From: Arenicellales bacterium
Lineage (GTDB): Bacteria > Pseudomonadota > Gammaproteobacteria > Arenicellales > Poriferihabitantaceae
Length of the DNA: 64,000 bases
NCBI GenBank assembly: GCA_965116335.1
Contig: OZ220677.1
Location: 784,834-848,833 of the forward strand
Reading direction: 5' to 3'
Below the pieces are notes generated by a model, which made no database searches, was not told the DNA's origin, and saw only the letters and a list, made by a program, of their open reading frames with translations. A program made the translations under genes and the position numbers. Shown here piece after piece: positions 51,103-57,890 of this stretch (position 1 is its first letter; the number at the start of each line of letters is the position of its first letter).

Positions 51103-51932
51103 ATGCAGGGATATCTACCGAGCGTGTGTTCTCTTTATCTTGCTTCGAAGGTGTACGCCTGCTGCGATATTATGGAGAAATGCATCCTGAACTTAGTGTC
51201 GCCGAACTTATTGTACTAGTCGAACGTATTGAAGCGGACGGAGCTAGCCTCGATCTAAATGCTTCCGCTCATCTTGAACCTCTTGTCGAACATGATTGTT
51301 CGATGGAGGGCAAGGCGTTCTATCAAGCTTGCATCAAAGCAGTCTTGGTCAAGCACCAGCCGATATGGTCTAGATCCATGCGTTCGGGCCGTGGACGCTT
51401 CACTCGAACACTTAATGTAAATGAACAGGACATTTTTTCTGCTGCTGGTTTGACAGATAATCCTCCGCCGATTGAAGTAGTCCGGTGGTGGGATGATGTC
51501 TCTGGACATGCTCGATTGATAATCGATCAGGTAAAAATGGGGCAGGCTCGCGAAGCTGAACTCCTCACATTGGAGCATGAACGCAACAGGCTTGCCAGTA
51601 TATGTGTTGCGAAGGAACCGGAATGGCCGGGGCTTGATGACAACTACGCAGGATATGATGTGCTGTCTTATGATATAGGAGAATATGGTCTGGTCAATCG
51701 CATGATCGAAGTAAAGTCTACGGTTGCTTCTCCACTTCGCTTCTATGTGACACGCAACGAGTGGGAAACGGCCAAAGATGCCGCATCGGCTTACCTTTTC
51801 CACATCTGGGATATGAAACAGCAACCTCCGGTCCTGTACGTGAGGACAGTTAAAGATGTTGCCCCACACATTCCTATCGACAACGAGAAGGGAAAGTGGA
51901 GCACTACTGAAATTCTGATTGTGAGCTCCTAG
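51099..51932 (+). CDS. DUF3883 (NO VEIN C-terminal, restriction-endonuclease-like) domain protein
   Basis: 277 aa. The C-terminal AGYDVLSYDIGEYGLVNRMIEVKSTVASPLRFYVTRNEWETAKDAASAYLFHIW matches the DUF3883 pattern. A 4-nt ATGA overlap joins it to the helicase gene. Confidence 0.75.
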   Translation: MNAGISTERVFSLSCFEGVRLLRYYGEMHPELSVAELIVLVERIEADGASLDLNASAHLEPLVEHDCSMEGKAFYQACIKAVLVKHQPIWSRSMRSGRGRFTRTLNVNEQDIFSAAGLTDNPPPIEVVRWWDDVSGHARLIIDQVKMGQAREAELLTLEHERNRLASICVAKEPEWPGLDDNYAGYDVLSYDIGEYGLVNRMIEVKSTVASPLRFYVTRNEWETAKDAASAYLFHIWDMKQQPPVLYVRTVKDVAPHIPIDNEKGKWSTTEILIVSS

Positions 51933-51952
51933 TGATCCCTCCCCGTAATCTA

Positions 51953-53171
51953 GTGTCTCGTCATATTTCCTGTGTCGGATATAGTCGTTTTAGTTTGATG
52001 CGTGCGTCCTCAGTTGTGAACTGCCAATCCACCTGAGTCTGTAGGCGGTCCCGTGAGGCTTGCCAGGCAGCGACTTCACGTGCGAGTATATCCATACGGT
52101 CGATACGCCGATTCAGGCATTGGCGGTTCATGACGTTGAGTTCGATTTCAGCCACATTCAGCCAACTACCGTGCTTTGGGGTATAAACGAACTCGAATCG
52201 GTCCCATAGTGCCTTGGCTTGTGCCGGTGGGTAGGCTTCATAGAATGCACCGGGACGGTGGGTATTGAGATTGTCCATGACCAGGGTGATGCGGGTGGCA
52301 TCCCGATAGTGTGCGGCAATGTCGGAGAGGAACTGCGCCCAATCGGTTCGGGTTCTGCGTTCGGTCACTTGGGTCATCCGCTTGCCAGCCAAAGGTTCGG
52401 TGGCCATGAAGACATTGCAGGTTCCACAACGCTGGTACTCGTAGTCGTATCGGGCGGGCTGTCCCGGACCCATGGCAACCGGCGCACGAGTCTCCCGAAT
52501 CAATTGGCGCGGTGTCTCGTCCATGCACACCACCGGGAAAGCGGCATCGTAGGGACGCCGGTAAACATCCAGAACCTTTTCCATCGCGGCGACGAACTCG
52601 GCGTTGCCTTGTGGCGGAATCACCCACCCGACCCGCCGCCATGGCTTGAGTTCGTTTTTTTTAGAACCCGGCGCACGGTTTCATGGGACACCGCATCAAT
52701 GTAACCCAGTTCCACAACCCGGTCGGCCAAAAGCCGCAACGACCATTGCGCGTAACCCGCCGGAGCTTCACCACAGGCCAAAGCCACCAGACGCGCCTCG
52801 AATTCACCGTCAGCCTTACGAATATAGGTGAGCCTGCGCCCTTGGCGGCCTCCTAGCGCCGCATCCAGACCTTCTTCCACAAACCGCTTCTTCACTCGAC
52901 CCACCTTGCGCATGCTGATACGGAGTATGTCCGAAATGGCTTCCCCAGTGGAATGCCGATCATTGAACTCCCCTGCATCGCAGTTGAGCAGGATCAATGC
53001 ATTGATCACCTTTTGCGACCGATGCGAACCCTTGTTCGTGATACTCGTCAATTCATCCCGCTCCGCTTCGTCCAACGTCACCCTATAGCGTTTCATACAT
53101 TCAACCTCGTCTTAACAAGAAAACGAGGAATCTATCATACTATATCCGACATATCATGCATGACGGGACAC
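51953..53171 (-). mobile_element. IS630-family insertion sequence, copy 1 (1219 bp, TA-flanked)
   Basis: Terminal inverted repeats GTGTCTCGTCAT...TGTCGGATATAGT (left) and GTGTCCCGTCAT...TGTCGGATATAGT (right, reverse complement). TA lies on both flanks (51951-52 and 53172-73). I saw no difference from copy 2. Confidence 0.9.
51961..53096 (-). CDS. IS630-family transposase, two frames (OrfA 52620..53096 HTH, OrfB 51961..52623 DDE) bridged by an A8 slippery run
   Basis: OrfA ends ...RRVLKKTNSSHGGGSGG. Slipping -1 on the minus-strand A8 run (52655..52662) reads ...VLKKNELKPWRRVGWVIPPQGNAEF, the canonical IS630 LKPW..W.IPP junction. DDE blocks VCMDE, VMDNLNTH and LNVAEIE are present. Confidence 0.88.
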
Positions 53172-53188
53172 TAGTCGACCTGCCGTTT

Positions 53189-53215
53189 GGAAATTTCCCT
53201 TATAATGGAAATTTC
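53189..53215 (+). promoter_or_regulatory. TATAAT box flanked by two GGAAATTTC(C) boxes (candidate autoregulated promoter of a decayed higBA-like locus)
   Basis: ggaaatttcc (palindromic) ct tataat ggaaatttc, read directly. A third ggaatttc lies at 53279..53286. Confidence 0.3.
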
Positions 53216-53339
53216 TGATGAAACAAAAACTCTACTCAGAAGAGCAGATAATAGCTAACTCTCCGCCACTACCCCTTTGGAATTTCTGCACCAGAGTCTC
53301 ATTGATTTGACCGGATAGAAAACGCTATAAAATCAGTAT

Positions 53340-53582
53340 ATGAACAAACCTGTCACTCCCGGCGAAATTCTCATTGCGGAATACCTTAAGCCCATGGGTA
53401 TTTCACAGACCGACATGGCTCGCGCCATCGGGGTTGCGCCGAAGACCCTGGCATCTACACTAGCATCCATCACCCTGCAACCGATTCAGGATGGGTATAT
53501 AATGCCCGGATGTCTGAAATTGAAACCACATTGTCAGGGGCGGAAGAACTTGAACTTCTGTTCAATTCTGGAGAGGGCGTGA
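53340..53582 (+). pseudogene. HigA-family antitoxin (XRE HTH) remnant
   Basis: The first ~37 codons ([37 protein letters not shown]) match the HigA N-terminus and HTH. The rest diverges into unrelated sequence that overlaps the next gene. Confidence 0.55.
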
Positions 53583-54739
53583 AGCCCCCGTGGTTTTCCG
53601 GAAGAAAAAAAGAGAAGGACTATTACAATAAAGCCATCCGAAGGCTGGTTACGGATAAACCGCCTGGCGCCAGCATTATTGTTTTTGGTCCGCGTGGGAA
53701 TGGCAAAACATCCCTACTTCGTCATTTGGAGTCGAAAACCAGGGAGGAATATGGTCAGAGCATAGACCTGTTATGGACAACTCCGGTGGATATTTCAAAC
53801 AGAAGCCAGTTAATGAGTCTGCTCGTTTCCGGTGTTGCCGAGAAGGGAATAAAAACCATGGTTAACGCCATCAGCAAACTGGTCAGGATAAGAGTGGAAC
53901 ATGACGCAGGTTTTATTGAAGCAGGTATCCCGGGCATCAAGGACAGAATATATACAAATGAAACCGAGATTTTGAGGGAACGATGCAGGCTGAAACCCTT
54001 TGTGTTGATGATTGATGAAGCGCATGAACTGGACCCGGAAGTGGCTAAAGGGCTGCTCAACGCCAGTCAGAATGTACGTGGCGAAGGATGCAAGTTTTTG
54101 CTTGTTTTGGCGGGAACGCCAAATATCAAAGTGACATTCAGCAAGGCCAGTTCAACTTTTTGGGATAAATGCGCCTGTTTTTCGTTGGGGAGATTATCGA
54201 ATCGGTTCGCTGTTGAAGCGCTTGGCAAACCATTGCTTGACCAGAAGATCAGTTTTACTCCAGATGTGGCAGAAGAAGTGGCTGTGGTGCGCGCGCAGGG
54301 TTATCCGGTATTTATTCAACAGTGGGGCGAAGCCCTCTCCCACAATCTAATCAAAACAGGAAGCAAAACCATTACCATGGATACTGTGATGGCAGTGGAA
54401 AAGGACGTGACCATGCAAAGAAATATGATCTATGAATCACGAAAAACGGAAATAAAGGAAGCTGGATTGTTACTCGTTGCCGAGGCTCTGGCTGCCACTT
54501 TTTCGCAACAGGAACAAATTCAGGTGATTGCAGCCGAAAAAATAATCGAAGATTTTTTGCTGAAAAATCCGTTGCCTGAAACTGTAAATGATCCGGTTCG
54601 GTATACTCTTGAAACCTTTAATCATACCGGATTCATCTGGCAAACAATTGGCGGAGAAAATAACGACATGGATTATTATGAACCCGGCATCCCCAGTTTA
54701 ATGTCGAATATATTGAAAAATAAAGTCGAGGGAGCTTGA
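53510..54739 (+). CDS. orphan AAA ATPase (Arch_ATPase / ORC-Cdc6-like P-loop protein)
   Basis: 409 aa with [18 protein letters not shown]...[19 protein letters not shown] (Walker A) and [11 protein letters not shown] (Walker B), followed by a helical C-terminal half. Confidence 0.75.
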   Translation: MSEIETTLSGAEELELLFNSGEGVKPPWFSGRKKEKDYYNKAIRRLVTDKPPGASIIVFGPRGNGKTSLLRHLESKTREEYGQSIDLLWTTPVDISNRSQLMSLLVSGVAEKGIKTMVNAISKLVRIRVEHDAGFIEAGIPGIKDRIYTNETEILRERCRLKPFVLMIDEAHELDPEVAKGLLNASQNVRGEGCKFLLVLAGTPNIKVTFSKASSTFWDKCACFSLGRLSNRFAVEALGKPLLDQKISFTPDVAEEVAVVRAQGYPVFIQQWGEALSHNLIKTGSKTITMDTVMAVEKDVTMQRNMIYESRKTEIKEAGLLLVAEALAATFSQQEQIQVIAAEKIIEDFLLKNPLPETVNDPVRYTLETFNHTGFIWQTIGGENNDMDYYEPGIPSLMSNILKNKVEGA

Positions 54740-54754
54740 GGTATTACGGGGTCA

Positions 54755-55918
54755 TCAAGCTCCCTCGGTTTCCACCCGTGTCTCCGCTATCAACTGGTCG
54801 ACTACGTGGCGCAATGCTTCCTCGTGAGTATCTCCTTCCAGGCGACGCAGGTTGTAGAAGTCCAGCTGGCGGTCCGCACTGGCTCCTTGCTTGACGATAG
54901 TCAGTGTGTGGCGCATCTCGGACTCACATTCCAGTGCCTGAGCATCGACCGCCAACTCCTCAACAAGCCTGGCCAGATAATCCTGAATGTCGATTCGAGC
55001 GCCGCTGCCGCGCCTGTCGCCGAAAAAGGAGAATATTCCATAACGATGCGCTATCCAGCGGTCCTCTGTGATGAACTCAGTCAATGGCTCAGGCGGCAGG
55101 GCGCCCTCCATATCCTGACGCATCAGCCACCGAATCAAAGACGCATAAAGCGCAGCCACACTCACCGCATCCTCCAGTCGCGTGCAGACATCACAAATAC
55201 GCATTTCCACTGTCGGATAAGCGTGAGAAGGGCGGATGTCCCACCATAGCTCGCTGCCATTGGTAAGGTAATTGTAACGTTGGAACTGTGCAAGCAAGTC
55301 CTCATACTCCGCCGCCGAATAGAGCGGGCCGGGCATACCCGATCGTGGCAGACCTCCAACAATGGTCAATCGCCAGGATTTGAACCCGGTGCTACGCCCA
55401 TCGCTGAACGGCGAGGATGTGGACAAGGCATGGAATAACGGCAGGTATTGCCGAAGTGCCGTCATCACCCGCACTCGCGTATCTGCATCTGCGAATCCCG
55501 CATGGATGTGCATGCCTCCGATCAGGAAACGGCGCAAATTATCCTGATGAATGGTCGCAAAGTGCTGGTAACGTTCACCCTGCGTAACAGCCTGTGTCTG
55601 CCAGCGCGCAAATGGATGAGTAGAAGCAGCCATCACAGCCACTTCATACTGCTTGGCCGCTGCGATAATAATGCGCCGGGTCTCGACCAAAGCCTCGCGC
55701 AACTCAGCAACCGATGCACAGACTCGGGTGTTGGTTTCGATCTGGGAGCGCAATGCCTCGCGGACAATCTTGTGTGGCCCGCGAGTCGCCTCACACATCT
55801 CGAAAATGCCTGAATCGGGGTCAACCAGAAGATCACGAGTCTGTGGATCCACCAGGAAACACTCCTCCTCGATTCCGAGCGTAATCTTCAGGTCATCGCA
55901 TTCAACCACCGCCGTCAC
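54755..55918 (-). CDS. carboxylate-amine ligase (GCS2 / YbdK family)
   Basis: 387 aa with the GCS2 blocks TLGIEEECFLVD, LRSQIETNT, ASTHPF and GMHIHAG. Confidence 0.85.
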   Translation of the reverse strand: MTAVVECDDLKITLGIEEECFLVDPQTRDLLVDPDSGIFEMCEATRGPHKIVREALRSQIETNTRVCASVAELREALVETRRIIIAAAKQYEVAVMAASTHPFARWQTQAVTQGERYQHFATIHQDNLRRFLIGGMHIHAGFADADTRVRVMTALRQYLPLFHALSTSSPFSDGRSTGFKSWRLTIVGGLPRSGMPGPLYSAAEYEDLLAQFQRYNYLTNGSELWWDIRPSHAYPTVEMRICDVCTRLEDAVSVAALYASLIRWLMRQDMEGALPPEPLTEFITEDRWIAHRYGIFSFFGDRRGSGARIDIQDYLARLVEELAVDAQALECESEMRHTLTIVKQGASADRQLDFYNLRRLEGDTHEEALRHVVDQLIAETRVETEGA

Positions 55919-56045
55919 TGCACCCTCCCAAGACCAGCACGCTTGTCGTTAAAATTATTTCGTCCCCCGATACTTGGACATTATATACCGAGTATCAGGA
56001 ATCAAACCCTCTCAAATCGAAACATAGATTCAGTTAATTATATTT

Positions 56046-56086
56046 CATTTGCATAAAGCATCTAAAAATGATACTTTTTGCAAATG
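56046..56086. promoter_or_regulatory. 13-bp inverted repeat (CATTTGCATAAAG ... CTTTTTGCAAATG) overlapping the abiEi start codon; candidate AbiEi operator
   Basis: Read directly; 12 of 13 positions are complementary with a 15-nt spacer. AbiEi antitoxins are known to autoregulate through promoter inverted repeats. Confidence 0.4.
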
Positions 56087-56887
56087 AGATACAACTCTCG
56101 TCAGCTACGCGCCAAGGACTACATAAACGACCTCGCCGCCTCCGGGCGTTATCACTTCCTGTCGAGTGAAGCTCGTGAAGCGCTTGGCGTGTCCGCTGAA
56201 GCGACCAGACTTGCCCTGAACCGCCTGGCTCATCAGAACAGAATCGCTCAGCCCGCGCGTGGTTTCCATGTAATCCTGCCACCGGAGTACCGCTCTGTGG
56301 GATGTCTGCCTCCAGATCAATTCATTCCAGCACTGATGCAGAAGTTTCGGCAACTATACTATATCGGGCTGTTGTCAGCCGCACAGTATCATGGCGCTGC
56401 CCATCATCGGCCACAGGAATTTCAGGTGCTGATAGAAAAGTCACGCCGACCCATTCGCTGTGGTCAAGTACGTGCAATGTTCATTGTCCGAAAGCATCTT
56501 AAACAGGTTCCCGTGCAAAACTTCAATACGCCCCGAGGCACAATCCACGTCTCAACGCCTGAAGCGACGGCCGTTGACCTCATCGGTTATTGTCATCGTG
56601 CGGGAGGACTTGATCAAGTGGCAACTGTTCTTTCCGAGCTTGCCGAACAAATTGATGCGAAAAAACTGGTGACAGCCGCGCAGACCGCGCCTGTCGCATG
56701 GTCGCAAAGGCTCGGATACCTGTTTGAGCGTGTCTGTGCATACGAACAGGTCACCCCGCTTAAAGCATATATCAAGGACAAAGCCCGGCAATCAGTTCCG
56801 CTTATCCCGGGGAGAACTCACAAGGGAGCATCACGCGACGCGAATTGGAAGATTCTCGTCAACGCCAGGATCGAGCTGGACTTATGA
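56084..56887 (+). CDS. type IV toxin-antitoxin system AbiEi-family antitoxin
   Basis: N-terminal winged HTH (EAREALGVSAEATRLALNRLAHQNRIAQPARGFH) plus AbiEi C-terminal blocks (YYIGLLSAAQYHGAAHHRPQEFQV). ATG 56084 preferred over TTG 56078. Confidence 0.82.
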   Translation: MRYNSRQLRAKDYINDLAASGRYHFLSSEAREALGVSAEATRLALNRLAHQNRIAQPARGFHVILPPEYRSVGCLPPDQFIPALMQKFRQLYYIGLLSAAQYHGAAHHRPQEFQVLIEKSRRPIRCGQVRAMFIVRKHLKQVPVQNFNTPRGTIHVSTPEATAVDLIGYCHRAGGLDQVATVLSELAEQIDAKKLVTAAQTAPVAWSQRLGYLFERVCAYEQVTPLKAYIKDKARQSVPLIPGRTHKGASRDANWKILVNARIELDL

Positions 56888-57303
56888 TTCCACATGACTA
56901 CATTACGGAGTGGCGGGCACATGCACCCTGGGTGCAAGATTTCCAGGTAGAACAGGACCTCGTCATCAGCCGAGCACTCATTGCAATTTTCACTCACCCC
57001 GTTCTTGCGAACGCACTGGCATTCCGAGGTGGTACGGCACTCTACAAACTTCACATTCATCCACCAGCCCGTTATTCTGAAGACATTGATCTTGTGCAGG
57101 TCAGGGCCGAGCCAGCTGGCCCGATGATGGACGCGATAAGGAAGGTTCTTGATCCCTGGCTTGGCAAGCCAAGATGGAAGCAGACAGAAGGCCGAGTGAC
57201 GTTCGTCTACCGATTCCATTCTGAAGATACGCCTCCACTAACCCTCAGGCTCAAAGTGGAAATCAATTCGAGAGAGAGGTGGCTCCGTTCATCTGGACAA
57301 TAA
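56884..57303 (+). pseudogene. AbiEii/AbiGii nucleotidyltransferase toxin, 3'-truncated (~139 of ~290 codons)
   Basis: MIPHDYITEWRAHAPWVQDFQVEQDLVISRAL...ALAFRGGTALYKLHIHPPARYSEDIDLVQ is the canonical AbiEii N-terminal half, joined to abiEi by an ATGA overlap. The reading frame ends soon after LKVEINSRE in unrelated sequence. Confidence 0.8.
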
Positions 57304-57701
57304 GATAAATCCGGCCATACGGTTATAGATCAATTTTTTCATTTTGGATTCCCGGTTGTGACCACAAAACCCGGATACGCTCGATTATCCCGGTTTCAGA
57401 ACTGAAACCGGGTTTCTGAACGCGTCGCCGGTTTTCCAAGCTCCACATTTGCCCTGTATCGCATTTTCAGGGGTTACCCTTGCGTTGGTATTCCCGGATT
57501 GCAAGGTTTCAGATTGTGCCGCATTGGACGCGCTGGACGGTGACCATGCCATCCATTGAAACGGTAACCTTCCCGGAATGAATGGCTACACGCTGGACAT
57601 CGACCACCGCCGGATTGCCGGGTTCAGCCTGTACCGCGCTGGATACGCTGGACGGTGACCGCTCCATCCACCGAAACGAGAACCTTCCCGGATTGTCGGA
57701 T

Positions 57702-57887
57702 TCAACCTGTACCAGGCTGGAAAGTCCGATAAAACATCTCGCTATCTCGTCTCGTGTAGCTTACATCGGATAGGTCTGCATCGGATAGGTCTGCACCGTA
57801 TAAATTCGTACCGGATAGGTTCGCACCGTGTAGGTCTTTATTGCTTAAATCCCTATCGGCCAAAGATTCAGAAACCGCCGTATTCAT
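57702..57887 (-). CDS. short pentapeptide-repeat protein (possibly a remnant)
   Basis: 61 aa. The segment DLSNKDLHGANLSGTNLYGADLSDADLSDV forms six consecutive A(D/N)LSx-type pentapeptides. The gene starts 4 nt after the stop of the upstream gene. Confidence 0.55.
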   Translation of the reverse strand: MNTAVSESLADRDLSNKDLHGANLSGTNLYGADLSDADLSDVSYTRRDSEMFYRTFQPGTG

Positions 57888-57890
57888 ATA

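Noticed and set aside
50593-51869. Minus-strand ORFs 50593..51000 (135 aa) and 51255..51869 (204 aa) inside the SNF2 and DUF3883 genes
   Set aside because: I considered them as possible antisense-encoded antitoxin-like genes. They have no RBS, no motifs and junk-like composition, so I treat them as shadow ORFs.
57490-57800. Possible CRISPR array suggested by the repeated sequence blocks
   Set aside because: The repeats are long (~75-115 bp), imperfect and irregularly spaced. There is no short constant repeat alternating with unique spacers, and no cas genes are nearby. They are better explained as the remains of a repeat-protein gene.
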